Counted from the stretch's first letter, positions 30,326 to 40,053 are shown. The stretch is 64,000 nt of DNA from Patescibacteria group bacterium (GCA_041649155.1 JBAZNP010000001.1:3581-67580); one strand, 5' to 3'. Notes: generated by a model from the sequence alone, not told the origin. A program made the numbers and translations.

Positions 30326-30946
30326 CAAATCTTTTAATGATAAAACATTTTTATTTAAAAAGTGGTCGATTATCTTATCTTCCCCCATTGCTATGTCTAC
30401 TATTAAGTAAGATAAATATTCTTTTGAACAAGTGAAGAAACAAAGCGCATCGATTTCTTTTTTGCAATCAAACGGGTAGACAAAAACGCTCTCCTGAATT
30501 TTTTCAAAGCCCATTTCTTCAAGTTTTCTTCTAATTATATCTCTTGTCGTTTTTTTCTTCTCTGGCACATCAAATATTACTAAACGAAATTTTTTATCCC
30601 AAATCTTTGGGCGATGTTTCGGCAATTCGCCAAGCTTATGCCACACTATTTTTTTAAATCCCTTATCGGTTAACTCAGCAAACTTTTCATTATTTTTCAA
30701 AAAAGTTTTGATTAATCCCTGTTTTTCTAAGTAATATATATGATTTCTAAAATCGCTAGAGGCATTCATCCTTTTGGCATATTCCTGAACGCTTACCGAT
30801 TGATATGGATTCTTTTCTAGATCGATCAAAAAGTTTTCAACTCCTTCAAATAAACAAACGAATATCTCTTTTGCTGATTGTTTTATTCTTTGCTTAATAC
30901 CCTTCTTTTTTTCAGAGTCTTTTTTTGACTCATTTTCACTCATCAC
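30320..30946 (-). CDS. PaaX-like protein (wHTH plus Cas2-like ferredoxin domain)
   Basis: YYLEKQGLI..ELTDKG wHTH; WDKKFRLVIFDVPEKKK..RD..RRKL..MGF..IQESVFVYP. Confidence 0.85.
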   Translation of the reverse strand: MMSENESKKDSEKKKGIKQRIKQSAKEIFVCLFEGVENFLIDLEKNPYQSVSVQEYAKRMNASSDFRNHIYYLEKQGLIKTFLKNNEKFAELTDKGFKKIVWHKLGELPKHRPKIWDKKFRLVIFDVPEKKKTTRDIIRRKLEEMGFEKIQESVFVYPFDCKKEIDALCFFTCSKEYLSYLIVDIAMGEDKIIDHFLNKNVLSLKDLM

Positions 30947-30977
30947 CCCCCCTTTTTTTTATTTATTATAAAGTAAT

Positions 30978-31017
30978 ATGTGATAATTTTTGCGCGGCCA
31001 CGATATTTTTATCACAT
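30978..31017. repeat. 40-bp direct repeat, copy 2 (upstream of the PaaX-like gene)
   Basis: Identical to 30286-30325; lies just upstream of a minus-strand TATAAT at 30965-30970. Confidence 0.97.
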
Positions 31018-31047
31018 TTTTACTCTCTCAAGTACAAGTAATTAAAA

Positions 31048-31575
31048 TTACTCAACAATCTTAATCGGTTTTAGCTTCAAAAAATCTTCTTCTGAGGGAA
31101 TCGCAATCCCTTGGTATTTAAAGTTCTCTCTTTCCCCTCTAGTAAACAAAGTTATATGGGGAAATTGAGATGGAATATTTTTGCCAAGCTTCTCACTAAT
31201 TTTTTTATAAAGAAGTTTAATAGAAGGCATTTCAATAGTTCTAATATAAGATTCTCTATTTTCTAAAATATCGCTACCATCCCAGTAACCGCTTTTTTCT
31301 ATATGGAAAAGATCCTTTTCCTTGTATTCCCAATCAAACTTCAAAAGCAAAGAAAGAATTTTTTTATTTAGCACTTTTTTATCTAGCGATGTATGCTCAA
31401 TTATTTCTCTAACTTTACTACCAGAAAGAATCGTTATATGCCTTGACGTCTGTTCTCGATAACCTTCAGCTAAAGCTCTTTCTTTAATATCAGATACATT
31501 AACTTGATTTGCAGTTAACTCGATACATGAATGTAAATCCGAATTTAAAACTGGTTTATTGGGCTTAATAAGCAT
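31048..31575 (-). CDS. 2H phosphoesterase superfamily protein
   Basis: Two HxT motifs (RHITIL, PHITLF) about 95 aa apart. Confidence 0.7.
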   Translation of the reverse strand: MLIKPNKPVLNSDLHSCIELTANQVNVSDIKERALAEGYREQTSRHITILSGSKVREIIEHTSLDKKVLNKKILSLLLKFDWEYKEKDLFHIEKSGYWDGSDILENRESYIRTIEMPSIKLLYKKISEKLGKNIPSQFPHITLFTRGERENFKYQGIAIPSEEDFLKLKPIKIVE

Positions 31576-31996
31576 TATTCTCCATTTTGATTATTTCTAG
31601 ACACTCTTTACAGAATCCTGAAAGATTAGTTGGAATGTTATCTAATTTAAAAAATTTTATTTCACTAATTTTTTCTGGCTCCATATTTTTCGGCCCATCT
31701 TTTGTTTTTGCTTGGAAATTAATTCCAGTCCAGTGCTTGTTATCAAAAATAAAATCATTATAGTTAATTAGTTTTTCTTCATAAATTTTCATACCCAGCT
31801 CTTCTTTAATCTCTCGCTGCAAAGCTTCGGCACAAGTCTCACCAAACTCAACTGTTCCACCCGGCATAGACTAACACTCCGAAAACCCCTTTGGCTTTTT
31901 TTCGGTTTTTTTGTGATTGACCAGCAAAACTTCATTTTTGTCATTAAAAATGAGTGCGAAAACCGAAACGCCGATACAGTCTTGTCCTATTTTCAT
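31565..31996 (-). pseudogene. NUDIX hydrolase interrupted by an in-frame TAG
   Basis: MKIGQDCIGVSVFALIFNDKNEVLL...SEC*SMPGGTVEFGETCAEALQREIKEELG; both ORFs are in the same frame, stop at 31871-31873. Confidence 0.85.
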
Positions 31997-32001
31997 ACTT
32001 T

Positions 32002-32283
32002 TTAATCCTTCTTGGGATATTTTTTCTGTGCCTCGATTGCTATTTTGATACATTCTTCTGGGTCATAACCTAAATCATCACACCAACGAATAGTTGAGAA
32101 TATGATATTCCCCAATTCTTTCTTCAATTCGTCATCTGTATGAATAATTTCATCTTTTTTATCATTTCTTGACCAACGACAAATATCACCAAAAACTTTT
32201 CCCATTCTAACTATCGCTTCTCTAAGATCGCATTTTCCGGTCCATATCGATTTGCTTTCATCTAAAAGTTCATTGATTTTCAT
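32002..32283 (-). CDS. MazG-like nucleotide pyrophosphohydrolase
   Basis: ELKKELGNIIFS..RWCDDLGYDPEECI; SD GGAGG before ATG 32283. Confidence 0.65.
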   Translation of the reverse strand: MKINELLDESKSIWTGKCDLREAIVRMGKVFGDICRWSRNDKKDEIIHTDDELKKELGNIIFSTIRWCDDLGYDPEECIKIAIEAQKKYPKKD

Positions 32284-32340
32284 ATTCCCTCCCTGCTCCG
32301 TTTGATGCCCCAAAGGGGCTATCCAACTGGGGCTACACTA

Positions 32341-34071
32341 TTATATTATTCCCTTAACAATATCTTCTGTCGACATTAAGCCCTTATCGCCCTCTCCATA
32401 TTTACGAACTGCAACTTTGTTTGCTTCTTTTTCCTTATCTCCAACAATTAGCATGTAAGGAATTTTTTGCATTTCTGACTCGCGAATTTTTTTGCCCATA
32501 GATTCATTTCGCTCATCAACTTCCACTCTAATATTTTTTTCTAGTAACTCTTTTTCAACTTTTTTTGCATATTCTAACTGCTTTTCAGAAATCGGAATAA
32601 TAACTGCCTGAACCGGCGCAAGCCATACTGGGAAGGCTCCGGCAAAGTGCTCTATGAGAAGTGCCATAAACCGCTCATATGACCCCAGAATTGCACGATG
32701 TATCATAACAGGACTTGCTGCCTCACCACCTTCATTAATGTAAGTTAAATTAAATCTTTTTGGAGTGGCAAAGTCCAACTGAATAGTTGGTATTTGGATT
32801 TCCCGACCTGTTGCGTCCTTGAACATAAAATCAAGTTTGGGGCCATAAAGTGCAGCTTCACCTTCACATCTTTTAGCCTCGAGTCCCATCTCATCAGAAA
32901 TTTCCTGAAGTGTTTTTTCGCAAAGATCCCAATCTTTTGTGTCGCCAATATATTTTTCTGGATGTGAGTAATCACGGACAGAAAGAGAGACCCAGTGATT
33001 ATCCCACATACCAAGCGAAGAATAAAAGTCTTTGATAATATTAACAAGATTTTTAATCTGATCTTTAACCTGTGATGGTGTACAAAAAGTATGGCCATCT
33101 TCGCAAGTAATAGCATAAACCCGATTAAGGCCTCCGACTTCGCCTGATTTTTCAGCCCTATACTGCTTCTCAGATTCCATATAGCTAATTGGCAAATCTT
33201 TATATGATCTTTGTCTTGATGCATAAATTTGAGTTTGATGAGGACATTGGACTGGCTTTAACACAAAATCATGGTCTTTGGCAGAAGTAACGTGGAATAA
33301 TTCATCTCCAAATTTATCGGCATGACCGGATATTTTATATAAATCGATTTTAGCAAGATGAGGAGTTGAAACTTTTTGAAATCCATATTTTCTGCAGATA
33401 TCTTCAACTTTTTTTTGAAGAGTTTCTCTAATGAAAGTGCCTTTTGGAGTAAAAAGCGGTAAACCAGGTCCAACTAAATCGGAAAAAACAAAAAGATCCA
33501 ATTCTTTGCCAAGCTTACGATGGTCTCTTTTTTCAGCTTCAATTAATACTTCTTCATACTTTTTCAAGTCTTCTGGTGTTTCAAAAGCTAGTCCGTAAAT
33601 TCGTTGAAGCATCTTGTTTTTTTCGCTACCCCGCCAATAGGCACCGGCGATTTTATGAAGTTTGAAACCGATATCTTTCAATTCTCCAGTCGAAGCAACA
33701 TGAGGGCCTTTACAAAGATCAATGAAGCCATCAATGGTGTAGAAACCTGCTTTTTCATCTTCCAATTCTTCAACTAGTTCAGCTTTATACGGTTGATTTG
33801 TTTTTTTAATAAATTCAATTGCTTCTTTTTTTGTTTTTTCATGTTTTTCAATTTTGATATTTTTTTCAATAATTTTACGCATCTTCTCTTCCAGAATTGG
33901 TAAATCTTCGGGAATTAGCGTTCTTGGCAAGTCAAAATCGTAATAAAATCCGTTATCAATCGCCGGACCAATACCAAGCTTTGCTTCCGGAAACATTTCC
34001 AAAACTGCCATCGCCAAGACATGGCTAAGCGAATGACGAACCGTTTCAATGTTAACTTTTTTATCTGACAT
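32341..34071 (-). CDS. thrS: Threonyl-tRNA synthetase (lacks TGS domain)
   Basis: RHSLSHVLA, DLCKGPHV, GAYWRG, RDHRKLG, ALYGPKLD, IHRAILGSYERF. Confidence 0.98.
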   Translation of the reverse strand: MSDKKVNIETVRHSLSHVLAMAVLEMFPEAKLGIGPAIDNGFYYDFDLPRTLIPEDLPILEEKMRKIIEKNIKIEKHEKTKKEAIEFIKKTNQPYKAELVEELEDEKAGFYTIDGFIDLCKGPHVASTGELKDIGFKLHKIAGAYWRGSEKNKMLQRIYGLAFETPEDLKKYEEVLIEAEKRDHRKLGKELDLFVFSDLVGPGLPLFTPKGTFIRETLQKKVEDICRKYGFQKVSTPHLAKIDLYKISGHADKFGDELFHVTSAKDHDFVLKPVQCPHQTQIYASRQRSYKDLPISYMESEKQYRAEKSGEVGGLNRVYAITCEDGHTFCTPSQVKDQIKNLVNIIKDFYSSLGMWDNHWVSLSVRDYSHPEKYIGDTKDWDLCEKTLQEISDEMGLEAKRCEGEAALYGPKLDFMFKDATGREIQIPTIQLDFATPKRFNLTYINEGGEAASPVMIHRAILGSYERFMALLIEHFAGAFPVWLAPVQAVIIPISEKQLEYAKKVEKELLEKNIRVEVDERNESMGKKIRESEMQKIPYMLIVGDKEKEANKVAVRKYGEGDKGLMSTEDIVKGII

Positions 34072-34080
34072 ATTTCTCCT

Positions 34081-34335
34081 TTACCCTGTGAAATACGATT
34101 TGAGTCGATTTCGCAAGAATTGTTTACCTCTAAAACTTTTTAAATATTTTTCTCTATGTGTTGCGTCTTTTTGACAAACGCAAGCTTCATAATATATTAA
34201 TTTCAATGGCCTACGATCTTTAGTTGAATCAACCAACCCATTCTCATGTTTCTCAAATCGTAATTTTAAATTTTTCGTATAACCTGTATACATTTTACCA
34301 TCATTTTGCGAATGTAGGATATAGACATAAAACAT
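34081..34335 (-). CDS. GIY-YIG nuclease family protein
   Basis: FYVYIL.S......YTGYT.NL..R..KH, T..RRP.KLIYYE, A..REKYLKS. Confidence 0.92.
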   Translation of the reverse strand: MFYVYILHSQNDGKMYTGYTKNLKLRFEKHENGLVDSTKDRRPLKLIYYEACVCQKDATHREKYLKSFRGKQFLRNRLKSYFTG

Positions 34336-34379
34336 GACTTTTATCTAATTTAATAAAAATTTAAAATATTTCACAGGGT
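34083..34379. mobile_element. Candidate mini-element: GIY-YIG gene bounded by 13-bp inverted repeats
   Basis: ACCCTGTGAAATA (34083-34095) and TATTTCACAGGGT (34367-34379). Confidence 0.55.
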
Positions 34380-34381
34380 GA

Positions 34382-34508
34382 ACAAAAAAAGACCGTTTGT
34401 TTCGAGATCCCGATGCAACATCGGGAGGTTCCATCTCGATTTGGTCTTAATTTACTCGTTCGCTCGAGTCTGCGCTGGTTCTCCGGGGCGGTACTCCCAT
34501 CGACAAAT
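34382..34508 (-). promoter_or_regulatory. Compact T-box-like leader for thrS
   Basis: Minus strand TCGAGA-TGGAACC-TCCCGATG..CATCGGGA-TCTCGA forms a T-box antiterminator with a 7-nt bulge; upstream AGTA..AGAACCA contains the Thr codon ACC; T-run downstream; TTTACA-N16-TAATAT promoter upstream. Confidence 0.65.
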
Positions 34509-34560
34509 CAGATATTATGTTTTTATATTACCATTTTTAAAATTAATGTAAATATGCGGA

Positions 34561-35103
34561 TTAAGAAATATTCTCTAATATTTTGTCTATTTTTTTATTA
34601 AGTCCCTCGATTGTACCTGAATTATCAATAATATAATCAGCCTTTTCTTTGCATAAATCAATTCTTTGAGAACTTTTACCTGACATTTCAAGTTGTTCTT
34701 TTTCTTTTAATTCTTCCAATGTAAGCTTTTTTTCCTGGTCATCTCTCGATCTCTTAATTAGTCGCTCATATCTAATTTCTATTGGAGCATCAACAAAAAT
34801 TAATTTAAAGTTATCAATAGTTTTTAAATAATCGATTTCCCCAATATCTCTTAGAGCAGAGATAACAAGATTTTTTTTACTCTTTTGTTCAACTGCCATC
34901 TTAGCCAAAATTGCGCTGTCAAACTCTTTTTTTAAATTATTAGATAACATGCGAACAGTTTCCCTATCCAAGCCCAAACTTCTCTCTTTTGCTACTTCAC
35001 GAAGAATATCCGAGGTTGAAATATGCTCAAAGCCTTTTTCTGCTAGATATTCCGAAACAGCATCTTTTCCTGCTCCAAACGTGCCTGTAAGTCCAATGAT
35101 CAT
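34561..35103 (-). CDS. P-loop nucleoside-monophosphate / dephospho-CoA kinase-like protein
   Basis: IIGLTGTFGAGKD, VDAPIEIRYERL, ADYIIDNSGT. Confidence 0.8.
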   Translation of the reverse strand: MIIGLTGTFGAGKDAVSEYLAEKGFEHISTSDILREVAKERSLGLDRETVRMLSNNLKKEFDSAILAKMAVEQKSKKNLVISALRDIGEIDYLKTIDNFKLIFVDAPIEIRYERLIKRSRDDQEKKLTLEELKEKEQLEMSGKSSQRIDLCKEKADYIIDNSGTIEGLNKKIDKILENIS

Positions 35104-35810
35104 CCTCTTTCCCTCAATTCAATTGTTTTTATTTTATCTGGTTTTCCGCAATGTAATTTTCCTTGCCAGCAAATTTTTTCCGTTACACAAGTAGGACCAG
35201 CATATTTAAAAATGTTTGGTGCAATTATTTTACATTCTTTCAACATCATGCCTGCCATATTGCGAATTTCCCACTGCGCCCTATTGCATAATCTTTCTTC
35301 AAAAAAATTAAATAGGGATCTACAATTCATTGTGACAACAATCTTTGTCTCACAACCATTTGGCAAAATCATTCTTGCATCTTCGGCAGGAATTCCTAAG
35401 TCAATCAGTTTTTGATAATTTTTTTGAATAGAAGATAATTCATCAGTATAGAATTTTAAGGCCTGAGAGTTCTTTTTAATGGATGGCGGCAATATGTATT
35501 CGAAGCCACCTTCTTTAACATAACGTTGAGATTTTTGGGAATAAGAAGCAATCCTGTGCCTAACCAACTGATGCGTTAACGCTCGAGAGATCCCCTCAAT
35601 TGAAAAGGTGAAATATGCATGTTCAATTGTAGAATGATGCCCTGAAGAAATAACTTGTTTAATTAATCTTTGTTTTTGATCTTCTGTCACCTTTTCCCAC
35701 AACTCTTTGCCGGAGAGCAGACTATAACATTGTCTTATGGCAGCGACAATAGTCCTTTCTGGATCTTTTGTATAAGATAAAACACAAACTTTTAGTTTGG
35801 CCTGATTCAT
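35100..35810 (-). CDS. thyX: FAD-dependent thymidylate synthase
   Basis: GH.S.IEH, SRALTHQLVRHRIASYSQKSQRY, EDAR, RLC.RAQWEIR. Confidence 0.97.
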   Translation of the reverse strand: MNQAKLKVCVLSYTKDPERTIVAAIRQCYSLLSGKELWEKVTEDQKQRLIKQVISSGHHSTIEHAYFTFSIEGISRALTHQLVRHRIASYSQKSQRYVKEGGFEYILPPSIKKNSQALKFYTDELSSIQKNYQKLIDLGIPAEDARMILPNGCETKIVVTMNCRSLFNFFEERLCNRAQWEIRNMAGMMLKECKIIAPNIFKYAGPTCVTEKICWQGKLHCGKPDKIKTIELRERG

Positions 35811-35812
35811 AG

Positions 35813-36382
35813 CTATCCTTTTTTAAAGTTTTTATAATATTCGCTAGCCGTCGGATCAACTTGATTTTGATATTTGCTACCAATTTTCCTTGAACCATAG
35901 GGTGTTTCGCATGGAGTACATAAATTCATAAAAGAAAGTTGACCTATTTTCATTCCAGGATAAAGAGCTATGGGAAGATTTGCCACATTAGAAAGCTCTA
36001 GAGTGATTGTGCCTTTAAATCCAGGATCAACGTATCCAGCTGTCGAGTGAATAAGAAGACCCAATCTCCCAAGTGAACTTTTTCCTTCTATGCGAGCAAC
36101 AACTGTTTTATCTAATCCTATTACTTCTAGAGTAGAGCCAAGAATAAATTCTCCGGGATGTAGAATAAATGGTGAGCCATTTTTTAGTTCAACCAAAGAA
36201 GTTAAATCAAGCTGTTTTTCCCTCGGATCTATAATAGAATATTTATAATTATTAAAAACTCTAAACTTATTAGATAATCTAACGTCATAGCTTGATGGTT
36301 GAATCATGGAATCGTCTTCGGGAGTGATTATAATTTTTTTATCTTCAATTGCTTTTTTGATATCATTATCGCTGAAAACCAT
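35813..36382 (-). CDS. dcd: dCTP deaminase
   Basis: IQPSSYDVRL, EGKSSLGRLGL, AGYVDPGFKGTITLELSN, KYQNQ. Confidence 0.96.
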   Translation of the reverse strand: MVFSDNDIKKAIEDKKIIITPEDDSMIQPSSYDVRLSNKFRVFNNYKYSIIDPREKQLDLTSLVELKNGSPFILHPGEFILGSTLEVIGLDKTVVARIEGKSSLGRLGLLIHSTAGYVDPGFKGTITLELSNVANLPIALYPGMKIGQLSFMNLCTPCETPYGSRKIGSKYQNQVDPTASEYYKNFKKG

Positions 36383-36391
36383 TTCTCTCCT

Positions 36392-37648
36392 TTATTTATT
36401 AATTCCGGGTACTGGAAACTTTGTACACATTTCACGTATTTCTTCTTTTATTTCTGCCAATTTTTCGTCATTATCTTTGTTTTCATAAACCAGATTAAAT
36501 AGCTCCGCGATTCTTTGCATTTCAACCAAACCCATACCGCGAGTAGTTAATGCGGCGACCCCAACTCTAATTCCAGAAGTGACTGCCGGAGGAAGAGGAT
36601 CGCCTGGGATTGCATTTTTATTTACTGTGATTTCTGCTTTGCCAAGCGCATCTTCAAATTCTTTTCCAGTAATATTTTTACTTCGTAAATCAACAAGACA
36701 TAAGTGATTGTCGGTTCCGCCACTAACCAAATTGAAATCAAAAGAGCTTAAAGTTTCAGCAAAGCAACTCATATTTTGAACAATATTTTTTGCGTATTCT
36801 TTAAAACTTGGCTTTAAAGCTTCACCAAAAGCTACTGCTTTTGCAGCAATAATATGCTCATGGGGACCGCCCTGTAACCCTGGAAATACCGCCTTATCAA
36901 TCGCTTTGGCATATTTTTCTTTGCAAATAATCATTGCGCCTCGTGGCCCTCGTAGTGTTTTGTGAGTTGTTGTCATCACAACATCAACAAACGGAAAAGG
37001 GCTTGGATGAACTCCGCCAATGATCAGGCCTGATATATGAGAAATGTCAGCCATGTGAATCGCGCCCACTTCGTCAGCAATTTCCTGAAATTTTTTGAAA
37101 TCAATTTGGCGAGGATAAGCCGTAGCGCCTGATACGATAATTTTTGGCTTATGTTTTTTTGCTAACTCTCTAACTTCATCATAGTTAATTCTTTGATCAT
37201 CTTCGCGAACACTATATTGTATGAAATTGTATGCACGACCGGAAAAATTAACTTTATGGCCATGAGTTAAATGACCCCCTTGAGCCAAGCTCATTCCCAT
37301 TAAAGTGTCTCCAAATTCTGCCAATGCAAAATAGATGGCAATATTAGCAGGAGAACCGGAGTATGGTTGAACATTGGCGTGCCATTCTGGCTCAGATAAG
37401 CCAAAAAGTTTCAATGCTCGTTCGCAAGCTAGAGTTTCCACCTTGTCAGTCCATTCTTGTCCGCCATAATATCTTTTTCCTGGATACCCCTCTGAATATT
37501 TATTGGTAAAAATAGAGCCCATCAATTCTAATACTGCTTCCGAAACATAATTCTCTGAGGCTATCATTTCCAAGCCTTCCTTCTGCCTCTTTTTTTCACC
37601 CTCTAAAATTTTAGATACTTCTTTATCACTTATTTTTACTGTGCTCAT
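36392..37648 (-). CDS. glyA: Serine hydroxymethyltransferase
   Basis: [39 protein letters not shown]. Confidence 0.98.
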   Translation of the reverse strand: MSTVKISDKEVSKILEGEKKRQKEGLEMIASENYVSEAVLELMGSIFTNKYSEGYPGKRYYGGQEWTDKVETLACERALKLFGLSEPEWHANVQPYSGSPANIAIYFALAEFGDTLMGMSLAQGGHLTHGHKVNFSGRAYNFIQYSVREDDQRINYDEVRELAKKHKPKIIVSGATAYPRQIDFKKFQEIADEVGAIHMADISHISGLIIGGVHPSPFPFVDVVMTTTHKTLRGPRGAMIICKEKYAKAIDKAVFPGLQGGPHEHIIAAKAVAFGEALKPSFKEYAKNIVQNMSCFAETLSSFDFNLVSGGTDNHLCLVDLRSKNITGKEFEDALGKAEITVNKNAIPGDPLPPAVTSGIRVGVAALTTRGMGLVEMQRIAELFNLVYENKDNDEKLAEIKEEIREMCTKFPVPGINK

Positions 37649-37808
37649 TCCGCTCCTTCCTTAAAATCAACAACCTACTATTCTATTTATTATTATTGTT
37701 GTTGTCATCCCAGACTGCAATCTTGAGATCTGGGATCCAGAAATTTTTACTACGAACTTCCTAGATTCCAGATCAAGTCTGGAATGACAATGTATTTCAG
37801 ATCATTAT

Positions 37809-38900
37809 TTACCACCTTAGAGTTTGGTCTGCTTGATCAAGATGTTGCTGCTCGGTGTCAATGTTTAATTTTGATGTGACAATATTATAAATCTCTTTTT
37901 CAATATCCCCGATTTCTTTTTCGCCGTCAATAATAACGAAACGATTACTTTCATCTTTTGCTAAAAGTTCATAAGTCGCTAAAGTTTTTTCTAATTTTTT
38001 CTCTTCCTCAAAAAGTTCAAAACCATCTCGGGACTTTCCTATGCGATCAATGCAAACTTCCGGCGGAACTTTAATAAAAAAAGTAATATCGGGCAAAATA
38101 AAATGCTTGTTAATTTCTCTTAGCCATTCTATATCAGCGCCAATTGAACCGAAAGCAATACTAGAAAAAAGGTAGCGGTCAGTAATTACAACATCCCCTT
38201 TATCTAAATTTGGGATGATGGTATGCTTTAAATGATGTGATCGATCGGCAGCATACAAAAGTTGGAATCCTTCTGCTGGAATCGTCCATTCTTTTGTTAA
38301 AACCCCTCGAATCAATCCACCAATCAGATTATTGGTTGGTTCTTTAGTTGTAGAAACTGTCAGGCCATTCCCCCGTAGATTTTTTGCTAATAAATCCACC
38401 TGGGTTGTGCTACCAGATCCGTCAAGACCTTCGAACGCAATAAATAAGCCTTTTTGACTACATTCCTTGGCTGTATGCTTTTTTCCAGTAGAGCCAAATC
38501 CGTTCATACCACGATCCGAAGCTGATAATTCTTCAACTATTTGAATATTTGGATGCTCGATCTTTTGAACTAACAGTTGAGCTACCTTGTCTCCCTTTTC
38601 TATTATATAATCCTCTTGACCAAGATTAAGAAGACTAACATGATATTCTCCTCGATAACCTGCGTCCATTACGCCGCCCATGGTTTTAATTGAATGTTTT
38701 GTTGCTAATCCGCTTTTGTCCCATATTAAAGCTACATGATCATCAGGAATTTCTATAGCCAGTCCAGTTTTAATACTGAGAACTTCGTTTGGTTTTAGTA
38801 CACAATTTTCGATACTAAACAAATCCATTCCCGCATCATTATGATGTGCAAATTCTGGAACAATTGCGTCAGGATGTAATTTTTTAACTTTTAAGTCCAT
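37809..38900 (-). CDS. dut-tmk: dUTPase - thymidylate kinase fusion
   Basis: DAGMDL, KSGLA, GGVMDAGYRGE, RGMNGFGSTG, then FIAFEGLDGSGSTTQ, KEPT, DRYLFSSIAF. Confidence 0.92.
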   Translation of the reverse strand: MDLKVKKLHPDAIVPEFAHHNDAGMDLFSIENCVLKPNEVLSIKTGLAIEIPDDHVALIWDKSGLATKHSIKTMGGVMDAGYRGEYHVSLLNLGQEDYIIEKGDKVAQLLVQKIEHPNIQIVEELSASDRGMNGFGSTGKKHTAKECSQKGLFIAFEGLDGSGSTTQVDLLAKNLRGNGLTVSTTKEPTNNLIGGLIRGVLTKEWTIPAEGFQLLYAADRSHHLKHTIIPNLDKGDVVITDRYLFSSIAFGSIGADIEWLREINKHFILPDITFFIKVPPEVCIDRIGKSRDGFELFEEEKKLEKTLATYELLAKDESNRFVIIDGEKEIGDIEKEIYNIVTSKLNIDTEQQHLDQADQTLRW

Positions 38901-39194
38901 TAAATAACCACAATTAATTGCTTAGCTTTAGTTCATTTTTATTTTTGTTATTTTTTGTTTGTTTCCGTCTGGGCTCGAGCCAGCCGAGACTGATGCCTAT
39001 TTATTATAGAGGTAAAAACAAAAAACTCAAACTAGTCTTATCCACAACACTCCACCCCCACTGTCATTCCTGAATCAAGTTCAGGACAAGCTCTCGGGAA
39101 GGCAACGCCATGGCCCGAGGATCAAAAATATTAATATACTATTAGCAGATCCCCTTCTTTAAGGGAATAACGATAGATAGCTGCTACTTGCTAC

Positions 39195-39839
39195 TTAGAA
39201 CAAACTACCTTGGTTAACATGATTATTAAATTTATTTAAAAATGTTTTACGATGGTGTTTACATGGGCCGAATTTTTCCAAAGCCTCCATGTGGCTCTTA
39301 CTTCCATAGCCTTTATTGGAAGCAAAATCATATCTAAATACTTCGTCATGAATTTCCTGCATCAAAGCATCTCTGTAAACTTTAGCAATAATCGAAGCGG
39401 CGGCGATAGAAATCGATTTGGATTCACCTTTTTCCAAACAAACATATTCATAATTAAGTCCCCTAAAACGCCGCCCATCAATTAATACAAAATCACACTT
39501 TTTTAATCCTTTTAGAGCTCTTTGAAACGCCATCACATTAGCGGATCCGATGCCATATTTATCAATCTCACAAGCTTCGACAATCCCGATTGCAAAATCA
39601 GACGCTTTTGATTTTATTAATTCATCATACTCTAAACGTTTAGTTGGAGATAATATCTTCGAGTCATTGATGCCGGATAGATGATTTATGATATTTTCAT
39701 ACTTTTCGAAAACTACCGCAGACGTTACTATTGGTCCAGCCAAAGCTCCTCTGCCAACTTCATCCACGCCAGCAATAACTTTCTTATCAATAGAATGCTT
39801 AATCTCGTATTCAAAAGTGGGAGTTTTTTTCTTAGTCAT
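39195..39839 (-). CDS. rnhB: Ribonuclease HII
   Basis: AGVDEVGRGALAGP, DSK, LIDG, SIAAASIIAKVYRD, NKGYG. Confidence 0.96.
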   Translation of the reverse strand: MTKKKTPTFEYEIKHSIDKKVIAGVDEVGRGALAGPIVTSAVVFEKYENIINHLSGINDSKILSPTKRLEYDELIKSKASDFAIGIVEACEIDKYGIGSANVMAFQRALKGLKKCDFVLIDGRRFRGLNYEYVCLEKGESKSISIAAASIIAKVYRDALMQEIHDEVFRYDFASNKGYGSKSHMEALEKFGPCKHHRKTFLNKFNNHVNQGSLF

Positions 39840-39926
39840 TAATTTGAGTGTACATCTGATTTAAATAAATGCAAATGACCGTGATTGAATAATATATAAA
39901 AATTTGTTAAAATTTGTTTATTGTTA

Positions 39927-40003
39927 GCGCCCATAGCTCAGCTGGTTAGAGCGTCGCATTGACATTGCGGAGGTCAGAGGTTCGAGTCCCCTTGGGCGCA
40001 CCA
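39927..40003 (+). tRNA. tRNA-Val(GAC)
   Basis: Acceptor GCGCCCA/TGGGCGC-A-CCA, D-arm AGCTCAGCTGGTTAGAGC, anticodon loop TT-GAC-AT, T-loop TTCGAGT. Confidence 0.97.
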
Positions 40004-40038
40004 AAAAAAACGTCAGTATAAATACTGACGTTTTTTTA
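40004..40038. terminator. Bidirectional terminator after tRNA-Val
   Basis: AAAAAAACGTCAGTAT-aa-ATACTGACGTTTTTTT. Confidence 0.85.
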
Positions 40039-40053
40039 TTGCAAAGGATAATT

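Noticed and set aside
30286-31017. CRISPR array with cas2
   Set aside because: Only two repeats, separated by a whole gene; no cas1 or effector genes.
31871-31873. Genome-wide TAG reassignment
   Set aside because: rplT, def-fmt and rplY end normally at TAG, and no other conserved gene shows an internal TAG.
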